Shown here piece by piece: positions 9,633 through 17,737 of a stretch of DNA of 64,000 nt. The DNA is taken from contig JALHTG010000019.1 of NCBI GenBank assembly GCA_022865705.1, positions 11,920 to 75,919 of the forward strand. Reading direction: 5' to 3'. The position numbers and the translations under genes were made by a program. The stretch's first letter is position 1. The number at the start of each line of letters is the position of its first letter. The notes below the pieces were generated by a model. It searched no databases. It had not been told where the DNA came from and saw only the letters and a list, made by a program, of their open reading frames with translations. Source of the stretch: Candidatus Bathyarchaeota archaeon (lineage in GTDB: Archaea; Thermoproteota; Bathyarchaeia; 40CM-2-53-6; JALHTG01).

Positions 9633-10421
9633 CTACATTTTCAGGAGATCGACGATAATGGAAGTGCCAGCCGCAGTAGCGACGATACCGAGGATCGTCA
9701 GTATCAATGCTAGGGCTTTGCCGAGATCTTGGCCTCGTATGCTGCCGACTTGCGTGGGATCCTTCGATAGATAGGCGCCTGCAGCATAGATCTCCTCGGC
9801 TATCAGCAGATAGTCGCATACGACGGCGAAGAACGGGATCTGGTATCCTCTAGCTGTACCGGCCAACTGGATAGAGCCGACTCTAAAGAATGTCTCCGCG
9901 AATAACTGTGACTCTGCGTAGAAAGGTCCGATCATTATGTTTGCCGCTGGGCGTTCTCTCTCGGCGTAACCTTGCACAGCGGATGAGTAGGCGAACTGGT
10001 CACCTGACATGTATCTAACTTGGATCTCAGCGTTGAACGCATCAGCCTTGCCCTCCTTTATGTACGCTGCTCTCATCACTTCGGTTGCGATTGGCATCAT
10101 TTCTGCCAAGAACACCGTGTAGACGACCCTGACGCCATACTTGGCACACAACTCGGAAACATGTCCGAGAACAGCCATAGCTGCGATGAGTTGAGGTAGC
10201 ACCGGGTCAGTCAACGAACCTCCACCGCCCGTTGTGAAATGCACCGATTTGTTGGTTTCAGCAGCCCTGCCAACCATCTCCGGCAGCGCGTCAAGCCCTG
10301 GAAGCTTTCGAAAAGAAGGAAGTTTCTTCTTTGCCATCATCATGCTGACAAGAGCGAAAATCCATATAGCGATCAACGTTCCTAGTGCGAAAATTCTTCC
10401 TGTTGCTAACAATGATGTCAC
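9633..10421 (-). CDS. DUF6754-like membrane protein (gene 1)
   Basis: FRKLPGLDALPEMVGRAAETNKSVHF, FYAES and QIPFFAVVCDYLLIAEEIYAAGAYLS match the DUF6754 pattern as I recall it. TM helices at both ends. Confidence 0.75.
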   Translation of the reverse strand: MTSLLATGRIFALGTLIAIWIFALVSMMMAKKKLPSFRKLPGLDALPEMVGRAAETNKSVHFTTGGGGSLTDPVLPQLIAAMAVLGHVSELCAKYGVRVVYTVFLAEMMPIATEVMRAAYIKEGKADAFNAEIQVRYMSGDQFAYSSAVQGYAERERPAANIMIGPFYAESQLFAETFFRVGSIQLAGTARGYQIPFFAVVCDYLLIAEEIYAAGAYLSKDPTQVGSIRGQDLGKALALILTILGIVATAAGTSIIVDLLKM

Positions 10422-10651
10422 CTATTTTTTTCTAAGACGAGTAGTGCTGGGTTCTTTTATAACACTTTCTAGCCACCCAGACCTCTCTGGCTGAGGAAAT
10501 CATCGCTTTTATTAACCAACAAAGGCGCTCGCAGTACCCATGTGCCTAGATCTACCCCGCCTTGCCAGCTCCTCTGAAATGCATCTCACTTTCATGAGGA
10601 AGACCAAGAAAGGCCTCATGTCACCGAACATCTCCCTTTGCCTCGCGGCCC

Positions 10652-11047
10652 TTAACTCTTGCCGCTTGTATCAGGTCGGTGAAACGCCCTTGCAAAGAGA
10701 CCTCCCAAGAATCCCCCTATCATGAAACCAAAGAAATAGATCACCATTCCCCAGAGGGCTTCGTTCAGTTCGAAGACTATGAGGCGAAAAACCATGTTCG
10801 TCATCCAAGTTCCAAGCCCAACTCGTATCCCAACATGAATCTGTCTTGTCCGCATTTTGCGGGTCAGACCAAAAGCGCTCAGGAAAGCAGCCTCCAGATA
10901 GACTAGTGCGGAGAGAAGTGTCAGGTTCAACGCCGTCTCCCCCGGGAAGTAGAGCGAAGCGAGGAAATCCCAAAACCACGCAATTCCGCAAGCGAAGGCT
11001 GCCGCGCCCACGTACTTCTCCAACCTTGGTGAAAGCTTCTCCTTCAT
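10652..11047 (-). CDS. Four-TM hypothetical membrane protein
   Basis: The hydrophobic part of ORF 10652..11239 begins at ATG 11047, after GAGAGAGGCGG. Confidence 0.7.
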   Translation of the reverse strand: MKEKLSPRLEKYVGAAAFACGIAWFWDFLASLYFPGETALNLTLLSALVYLEAAFLSAFGLTRKMRTRQIHVGIRVGLGTWMTNMVFRLIVFELNEALWGMVIYFFGFMIGGFLGGLFARAFHRPDTSGKS

Positions 11048-11258
11048 GCCGCCTCTCTCCTCACACATCTCTGATGATTTCATCGAGTGCAATGCAGACT
11101 TGTACAATAAATGTCTAAGACTACTACGAAGGTTTCTCCAATGATGAACAGGACAATACGGGGATCCCCTACAGCCATTTTCATCGGTCCACTTAAAGAG
11201 GTTCAACAGAATATGTTGAAACAAGTTGGAGAACAGCACTCCAGTTGATGATGAGAAG

Positions 11259-11552
11259 ATGACAACGATCTCTGAGTCTCAGGAGTTGATGAAACGAACA
11301 TATCTCCAGAGAGACAAGAAGAAGGGAACATATGCCACTTTACTACGGATGACCTCTGAAGTAGGAGAAATGCTTGATGCCGTTCTAAGGAACGATCTGC
11401 CCCAAATTCATGCTGAAGCTGCGGATGTTCTCGCCTGGCTATGTAGCGCCTGCAATCTCCTTAGTGTAGATCTTGAGAAGGCTTTCCTTAACAAATACGG
11501 GAATGGTTGCCCCAGATGCTGCCAAGTTCCTTGCGCATGCAAGGGTCCATGA
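11259..11552 (+). CDS. MazG-like nucleotide pyrophosphohydrolase
   Basis: SEVGEMLDAV...EAADVLAWLCSACNL, with the archaeal C-terminal KYGNGCPRC...PCAC. Confidence 0.88.
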   Translation: MTTISESQELMKRTYLQRDKKKGTYATLLRMTSEVGEMLDAVLRNDLPQIHAEAADVLAWLCSACNLLSVDLEKAFLNKYGNGCPRCCQVPCACKGP

Positions 11553-11657
11553 CTCCGACTAACTGTTCCAATGGCAGCTTTCCCTCATCTCGTGATTGCG
11601 GTATCTCAACAAATGCTCGCACGTAACGTCAAACCTTGAGAATTTCCGGATCCCAAC

Positions 11658-11927
11658 CTACCTCATAAGACTCTGCTGTCCGAACTTGGTTAACGCCCAA
11701 AAATAGCCTCTCTTCGTGCCTGACCGAGTAACTATTCGTTCTTTCATCAGAAGACGAAGATGGTGGGCAGCGCATGCATAGCTAATTCGAGACTTCTCTG
11801 AGATCTCAGTAATCGTTCCCGCACCACGTTCCATAGAGGAAAGCACCTTGGTCCTAGAGGCCAGGCCTGCCCTCACGTTCTTCATCGTGGTGAGATACGC
11901 CCTAGGATTGTACACGTTCCTTGACAT
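11658..11927 (-). CDS. Small winged-helix (ArsR-like) DNA-binding protein
   Basis: TITEISEKSRISYACAAHHLRLLMKERIV helix-turn-helix plus wing. Lies 9 bp downstream of polC. Confidence 0.8.
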   Translation of the reverse strand: MSRNVYNPRAYLTTMKNVRAGLASRTKVLSSMERGAGTITEISEKSRISYACAAHHLRLLMKERIVTRSGTKRGYFWALTKFGQQSLMR

Positions 11928-11936
11928 ATCACATCA

Positions 11937-14900
11937 CTACATGAATTCTCCTAGTGCCTTTTGCTTCGTCTTATCCTCCCCCATGAACAGGGAATCTATC
12001 TCATTCTCCAAGAGCATGAGCCGTTGCTCATGATACTTTCCAAGATCATACCGTTTTACAAGGTCGCGCGCAACTTCGATGTACTTCTCTATGCTTCCTC
12101 TATGGACTGTGAGCGCCAACTTCCCTCCGCATCGGGAGCAAACTCCCTTCAACGGGATGCGTCTGAATTTGAAATTGCATTTCATGCATCTCACCTTCTG
12201 CGTAGAAAACGCCTTTAGATTGCCTGTGACGTCGCGCATCAGGTGGGTTGAGAGGACACGACTAGCTACGTCTCTCGCTTTCACTGCAACAATGGATTCT
12301 GCGAGCTGTAGTTGCTCTTGGACCTTTTCCACCATTGTTCCTAGCTTCTTGTAGAGACTCTCCTGGTTTCCAATGTTCAGATCGCTCACGAAATGTGTGA
12401 ATCCAAATCCTCCAAGTGCGCTCCCGCTTGCTGAATCGCCGTTCTCGAGTCTATGTGAAACTGTTTCAATGATTTCTTGTACGATTTTTGGATCGGCTTC
12501 GCGCAATGTTTGCTCAAAGAACTCCAAGGGAAGAGATTCGACTACCTCCACGTTGAATGCTTGCCTAGCAACCTCAGCAGGGTTCAGCGTCACCGTCAGT
12601 AGGAGTGGTGCATCCATCAATCCTCCTATCCTGCCTGGCAGATAGGATCTCGAGAAGTTCAGCAGAACATCTAGGGCAAGCATAACTGCATCTTCGTCAC
12701 CGTCGCAGTCTCTTCTCTTGGCAGCATGCCACAGAGGGTTAGCGAAGCAAACACTCGCCTTAGTGAAGCCCACAACCCTACCTGCGACTCCAACGGAAGT
12801 GTGAGGCGACATGCCGAGTATGAGATGCCCCACCAGGTCTTTCGTGGTCTTGACGCCATAGTAAGGCGGCAGGCCATACACCTTCTGAAGCAATTCATCA
12901 GTGAATCTTGCCACATTCACCAAATAATCAGCGCAGCTTTCTGGGATCACAACATCCTGCAGCTGCAGTTCACACAACTGGCCTTCATCCACCAGCTTTC
13001 TCTGCTTGTAGTCTACAAGATAACCCAATTCCCGAAGTTTCTCGACTCCAACCCCCACTTCTTTACCATTGAAGTGCGTAAGGGGGGCATCTGTAGCGTC
13101 AAATCTGACAGTTCCATCCTTGAATGTTGAGAGACCGAATTCCGCCCTCAAGATCCCCTTCTCTATCAGTTCCGGTGTCCTTGAATCACTTGTAAGTCCC
13201 TTGACACCCTTCACAAGATCAGGGATTCGACCAATCCCCAATGATTTGCACGCCGATTGTAACTCCATCCCGACATCAATTGATCGTGTATCATATGGTG
13301 CTGCATCAATTTTGCATGAAGGACACTTCTGGGTGGAAAGGGGCTTGGCGCATTTTGGACAAACATACTCGATGATGGTTGGGCACCCGCACTTCCTGCA
13401 TAGAGCTTGGTGGGTTACAGTTTTGCAAGAGGGACATCTGCGCTTCACAACTTCAACAGTAATCCGATTGCTGGTCTTCGCTGCTTCAGCTATGTTGCGG
13501 CGAGATCCTCCGTGGATACCGATAGGGAACAAACAGTGAACCGGAGGACTCATCTCTCTTCTTTTTGCTTTTTCCGGTCGTCCCATTCTTGCACCAATGT
13601 ATGATCCAACCTTCTTGTACACTGTCAAACCTGATATTCTAGAAATGTTTTCCAAGACGGAGAGTTGAGGATCGAGGGAAACATTCAGATCGTCAATACC
13701 AAGGCATTTCGCGAGAACTAGGCCGTGTGATTCTGAAATCCCTATTGACCCATCCTTAACGACGTGCGGGACACACAACCTCTCAAGTATTGATTTCAGC
13801 TTTGAATCATAAGACAAGACCGCCGCTGACTTGTTAGTCCCCAGGCCTTTTTTGAGGCATGAAAGAGTGTTTCTAACATAGTTGAGATCCTCAAAATTAA
13901 GACCCTCCCAGAAATACGTCCAACGGGGGTGCAAGGGAATCTTGAAAACTTCTGAAATAGAAAGAGCTTCGTGCTCTGATGGGATTTCAACCAGCGGGGA
14001 GTCAAGCATCTTGCGTACCTGTTCGTACGACAGGCCCGCTTGGGCAAGCGCCGAGTCCCTATCGACTCGATCCAACTCTCTCTCAAGAAGCTTCGCCCAC
14101 CATTCCTCAACGAAGCCCGACGGGAGTAGTGGTCGGTTGTTTTCTAAAAACTCACCAAAAGCCACGAGCAGGTCGCCCAGAAACAATATGGATTGGACGG
14201 AGCTTTGAAGCTCTGCGGCTTGCTGTACATTCTCCACGCGAACGACAGACCCATCTTTCAACTTCACTACTGGAGGTTCGATTGATTCGACGGGGGCCAT
14301 CACGCCGGCCTTGCCGGGTTTCTCCACTCGAAGCTGCGTTCCTGTAGCGATGAAATCCCTCAGAATCTTCATGGTGGCAGGATGGATTCCAAGTGCTGCA
14401 AGCCCGGTATTCCTAGATCGGCCATAGCGGAGCCTGAACCCTCCTGGGGTGTTTGGGAAGCAGAAGATTGGGCGTCCCGCAATGACGTCGTCCATGAACG
14501 CTAGATCACGTGTTTCATCGTCCTCAACAGGCACGGTGCGAATAGTCTTGAGCCAATCCCATCCGCTTATTCCTATCTTCTCGACAATCTTGATGACCTT
14601 CTGACTTCGGCCGATTAGCCCATCATTGACGACTCTTAACGCTCCTCCCCTGACTCTGTTGGTTTCTATCCGAGGCAAGTTCCTAAATGAGACAACCTCA
14701 ACAGGATCCGTTTCGACTCCTGTCGCCTCCACTGGCAGACGCATGATTGTATTAGTAAGTTCTTGATCTGAGAGCTTGAATTGGAAACGGGTTAGCTCTC
14801 GTTCATGCACTCTGACTTCCTCAAGGAACCTTCTTGCCTCCTCTTCTGTTGCCTTGTAACGATCGAGGCCCATGAGCCTTCGTACGTAGTCTGAGATCAC

Positions 14901-15368
14901 CAATGTGAGGCCCATCTCGGTCCCGCCGGCTGACCGGATAGGGCCGGCAAAATACACGGCCAAGTACTTCGATCGATCGTGATTCGTCTTTATCCTAATA
15001 CCAGATATTCCTTGAATGGCGGACACCGTTCTTCCTTCATCAAGAATTGATAGTGCGGTGCGGATCGCGTTCTTTGCGGCCTCCTCCCCGCCTGATCCGA
15101 ACTTCCCGAGAACTATTTCTTCCGCTATCTTGAAGGCAACTTCTTCCCTGGGCATGGTTTCTGTAAGTTCGCGAATGCGACCAGCTACTCCCTGTGGCCC
15201 AACTGACTTCTCGACTCTTTCGGCAACATCTCTAGTGACTACGCATTCAGGTTTGGTGGAAGGGTCAATGCCCTTGGATCGGGCTTGCTCAGCTATGGAG
15301 TAGATTTCCGCAAATCTTCGCTCAATCTCACTAACGTAAGATGAAACGCCCAAGTGGGCATCAACCAC
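11937..15368 (-). CDS. polC: DNA polymerase D large subunit (DP2)
   Basis: YFAGPIRSAGGT, GGFRLRYGRSRNTG, GARMGRPEKA, catalytic AKRRDCDGDED and C-terminal Zn fingers. At 1143 aa it has no intein. Confidence 0.98.
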   Translation of the reverse strand: MVDAHLGVSSYVSEIERRFAEIYSIAEQARSKGIDPSTKPECVVTRDVAERVEKSVGPQGVAGRIRELTETMPREEVAFKIAEEIVLGKFGSGGEEAAKNAIRTALSILDEGRTVSAIQGISGIRIKTNHDRSKYLAVYFAGPIRSAGGTEMGLTLVISDYVRRLMGLDRYKATEEEARRFLEEVRVHERELTRFQFKLSDQELTNTIMRLPVEATGVETDPVEVVSFRNLPRIETNRVRGGALRVVNDGLIGRSQKVIKIVEKIGISGWDWLKTIRTVPVEDDETRDLAFMDDVIAGRPIFCFPNTPGGFRLRYGRSRNTGLAALGIHPATMKILRDFIATGTQLRVEKPGKAGVMAPVESIEPPVVKLKDGSVVRVENVQQAAELQSSVQSILFLGDLLVAFGEFLENNRPLLPSGFVEEWWAKLLERELDRVDRDSALAQAGLSYEQVRKMLDSPLVEIPSEHEALSISEVFKIPLHPRWTYFWEGLNFEDLNYVRNTLSCLKKGLGTNKSAAVLSYDSKLKSILERLCVPHVVKDGSIGISESHGLVLAKCLGIDDLNVSLDPQLSVLENISRISGLTVYKKVGSYIGARMGRPEKAKRREMSPPVHCLFPIGIHGGSRRNIAEAAKTSNRITVEVVKRRCPSCKTVTHQALCRKCGCPTIIEYVCPKCAKPLSTQKCPSCKIDAAPYDTRSIDVGMELQSACKSLGIGRIPDLVKGVKGLTSDSRTPELIEKGILRAEFGLSTFKDGTVRFDATDAPLTHFNGKEVGVGVEKLRELGYLVDYKQRKLVDEGQLCELQLQDVVIPESCADYLVNVARFTDELLQKVYGLPPYYGVKTTKDLVGHLILGMSPHTSVGVAGRVVGFTKASVCFANPLWHAAKRRDCDGDEDAVMLALDVLLNFSRSYLPGRIGGLMDAPLLLTVTLNPAEVARQAFNVEVVESLPLEFFEQTLREADPKIVQEIIETVSHRLENGDSASGSALGGFGFTHFVSDLNIGNQESLYKKLGTMVEKVQEQLQLAESIVAVKARDVASRVLSTHLMRDVTGNLKAFSTQKVRCMKCNFKFRRIPLKGVCSRCGGKLALTVHRGSIEKYIEVARDLVKRYDLGKYHEQRLMLLENEIDSLFMGEDKTKQKALGEFM

Positions 15369-15424
15369 AGTCTCTATCTGGAGGTATTAGTCGGCGACGC
15401 AGTTATAATCCTGATCGAAGACGC

Positions 15425-15865
15425 CTACTGTCTCGCCTCATCAACCTTAGAGGCTTCGTCCGCATCGAGCTCGAATTCTTCAGACGGGAGTTCTGAGGTC
15501 TCTGACGTTTCGGTTTGTTGCTCAGAGGATGATTCCACTTCCGCATGTTTTTCCTCATCTTTGATCTGAGTTTCAGACAGTACCGGACCTTCGGGGGGGC
15601 TTTCTGTGTGAGCCTGCTTCAGGGCGGGGGTTTGGGTTGCCCCGTAGAACCTGTCAGTGAATCTGCAGTAGACATCAACCATTTGATCTGCGGGGGATGT
15701 CTCGACTTCCTGTTTCAGTCCACATGCGGCGCATTGAACTGTTGCGTGACCCTTGCCTCTACTCATGATTACTCTGATCGCTTCCTCTCCGCAACTCGGA
15801 CATGAGAAGACCGTAGGCAGCTTCTTCTTGACTACCTTTACTATGCGTCGTCTTCGTCGTCCCAA
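15425..15865 (-). CDS. elf1: Transcription elongation factor Elf1 with an acidic C-terminal extension
   Basis: GRRRRRIVKVVKKKLPTVFSCPSCG...CAACG...VDVYCRFTD. TTG 15865 follows GGGTGA. About 65-aa Glu/Ser-rich tail. Confidence 0.88.
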   Translation of the reverse strand: MGRRRRRIVKVVKKKLPTVFSCPSCGEEAIRVIMSRGKGHATVQCAACGLKQEVETSPADQMVDVYCRFTDRFYGATQTPALKQAHTESPPEGPVLSETQIKDEEKHAEVESSSEQQTETSETSELPSEEFELDADEASKVDEARQ

Positions 15866-16012
15866 GTATCTCACCCTAGATGGTTACCTCGTGTCTTTGC
15901 CGTTGTATTTCAACCTTCTATGAAGCATACTGTTCCGGAGCAGAAGATCATTCAGCACGAACTTCATGTTGACTCCTTGAAAGGTCACAACAGGATCACT
16001 GCATACATAATG

Positions 16013-16321
16013 TCACATAACTTGTTTCCAAAGGTCTGGCCATCGCTTCGAAACAGCTTCTTCAACTATTGCGGCCGTGACCTTAGACACATTGAACTCT
16101 GGCGTGGTCTTGCGCAGAAATGTCAGTATCGCTTTCACTTTAGGCGACACAAACGATACACGCGGCTGTTCTTTGGCGATTCTTAATACGTCTTGCCAGA
16201 TTTGGGTATCCGTTTTCGACTCCACTGCTGTTGGTTCTTCACGATCCGTTCTTGTTACGGGCTGTGGACCGAAGAGGCTCCTCGCCACGATACCCAGCCG
16301 TCTGTCTCTCTCATCCGACAA
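16013..16321 (-). CDS. segB: SegB-like archaeal centromere-binding protein
   Basis: Overlaps the ParA stop. PRVSFVSPKVKAILTFLRKTTPEFNVSKVTAAIVEEAVSKRWPDLW aligns by eye with the C-terminal domain of Sulfolobus SegB. Confidence 0.78.
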   Translation of the reverse strand: MSDERDRRLGIVARSLFGPQPVTRTDREEPTAVESKTDTQIWQDVLRIAKEQPRVSFVSPKVKAILTFLRKTTPEFNVSKVTAAIVEEAVSKRWPDLWKQVM

Positions 16322-17075
16322 TCCTGAGTATTTCCTCCTTGACTAGTTTTCGATAAGCAATCGACGCCTTAGATGTCGGAGCGTACTGCGTTACAGGAGA
16401 GCCGTGGCTAGGCGCTTCTGCGACCCTGATTGCTCTCGGAATCAGATTCGTGAAGACTGCGTCCCCGAAGTTCTTTCTGACCATGTCCTCGACTTCTGCG
16501 CTGAGCCTCGTCCGACTGTCATACTTAGTCAGAAGGAACCGAGTCTCCACGCTGTGCCCGAGTCTAGTTGTCACTAGATCACGGAGTTGTAGCATTGTCT
16601 TGATTCCAGCCATTGCGTAGAACTCGCATTCTACTGGAACGATCAACTGGTTTGATGCAGCAAGGCCGTTTATTGTTAGGATGCCGAGCGACGGCGGAAG
16701 GTCACAAACAACAAAGTCATAATTGCTGGCTACAGTGGTGATCTTTTGCTTGAAGATCTCTTCGCGCCGAATAGCCGATATCAACTCGAACTCTGCTGCC
16801 GATAACGAGATGTTAGAGGGAAGCAAAGCAAGATTGTCGATGGCCGTCTGAACTATGGCATCGTCTGGTCGAGTGTCTTTACACAGGACTTCATACATCG
16901 TTACTGGAAGCTGATACGAGTCAACCCCCAGGCCCAAGGAACACGATCCTTGAGGATCCAAGTCACAGATCAGGGTCTTTCGGCCTTCTGCGGCCAGACT
17001 CGCGCCTATGTTGATGGCGCTCGTCGTTTTTGCACTTCCACCCTTTTGGTTTCCAAAACAGATAATGGATACCAT
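16311..17075 (-). CDS. segA: ParA/Soj-family ATPase (SegA)
   Basis: NQKGGSAKTT deviant Walker A, DLDPQG, CDLPPSLG and IRVAEAPSHG. Likely start ATG 17075. Confidence 0.92.
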   Translation of the reverse strand: MVSIICFGNQKGGSAKTTSAINIGASLAAEGRKTLICDLDPQGSCSLGLGVDSYQLPVTMYEVLCKDTRPDDAIVQTAIDNLALLPSNISLSAAEFELISAIRREEIFKQKITTVASNYDFVVCDLPPSLGILTINGLAASNQLIVPVECEFYAMAGIKTMLQLRDLVTTRLGHSVETRFLLTKYDSRTRLSAEVEDMVRKNFGDAVFTNLIPRAIRVAEAPSHGSPVTQYAPTSKASIAYRKLVKEEILRIVG

Positions 17076-17084
17076 GGTAGATCG

Positions 17085-17235
17085 TATACGGTATATGTGT
17101 CTCACATATATCTTATACGGTATATCGTGTCTGGCTAATGTCACCTACGGTATGCCTTATGAAATGAGGAACCGGACTCTCCAGAACACCTACGATTTCA
17201 GTGGCTTTATGTTCAGCGGATACGGTTGTGTATCC
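17085..17235. promoter_or_regulatory. Repeated TACGGTAT motifs in the segA/segC divergent intergenic region (candidate SegB sites)
   Basis: TACGGTAT at 17087, 17116 and 17146 (29-30 bp spacing; the first two are TATACGGTATAT). Variants TACGAT at 17191 and TACGGTT at 17221, the latter inside the inverted repeat GGATAC-N6-GTATCC. Confidence 0.55.
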
Positions 17236-17250
17236 ACTGGAGGGTGCCTC

Positions 17251-17727
17251 GTGTCTGAGACTTTGGATGGTGCAAAACAGGTTCTAACCGCCACGTTTCG
17301 GGACCCAATCACCCAGACGTTACTCATTCATTCGAGTTTAACCCGAACGCAGTTTGAAACAGTCCTAATTTCCATGCTGGGACAGGAACTATCCGGCAGA
17401 CCGGTCTTGTCACATGAGAGGCTTGTATTGCGTCTCACAAAGCCAAAATTGACTCGGGGATCCTTCAACAGAACCTTGTCTCAGGCTAGAAGGAACATCG
17501 TGGGGTCTATCTACACCATACTCCTGCTAGGATACGTAGGTCTATTTGACAGTCCTGAACTCGCGCCTTTTCTCGAGCTGGCCAGCAGGATGAAGGCATA
17601 CATTGATCAGCGGGAAGCCTCCGAAACGATGACTCAGGAGGACCGGGGAGAAGTCATGAAGATCATCGGGGACGAGCTTGAAGAGGCAATCAACACTCTG
17701 GTGCGCGGGGCGCCAAACGAAGTGTGA
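17251..17727 (+). CDS. SegC-like protein
   Basis: GTG 17251 follows GGAGGGTG. LLIHSSLTRTQFE...LTRGSFNRTLSQARRNIVGSIYTILLLGYVG resembles Sulfolobus SegC (SSO0033) as recalled. Adjacent to segAB. Confidence 0.65.
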   Translation: MSETLDGAKQVLTATFRDPITQTLLIHSSLTRTQFETVLISMLGQELSGRPVLSHERLVLRLTKPKLTRGSFNRTLSQARRNIVGSIYTILLLGYVGLFDSPELAPFLELASRMKAYIDQREASETMTQEDRGEVMKIIGDELEEAINTLVRGAPNEV

Positions 17728-17737
17728 CGTCACAGCA

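Noticed and set aside
11937-15368. Inteins in polC (also considered for cdc6, hef and lhr)
   Set aside because: Lengths are normal, and no Hint/LAGLIDADG blocks or HN-C/S/T junctions were seen.
17085-17235. The ~30-bp periodic repeats as a mini-CRISPR
   Set aside because: The repeat core is only 8-12 bp, spacers are about 20 bp, and there are no cas genes or leader.
17008-17250. N-terminal extensions of the segC ORF (from 17008) and the segA ORF (from 17144)
   Set aside because: They overlap each other and the repeat-containing intergenic region. Family similarity starts at GTG 17251 (which has an SD) and ATG 17075.
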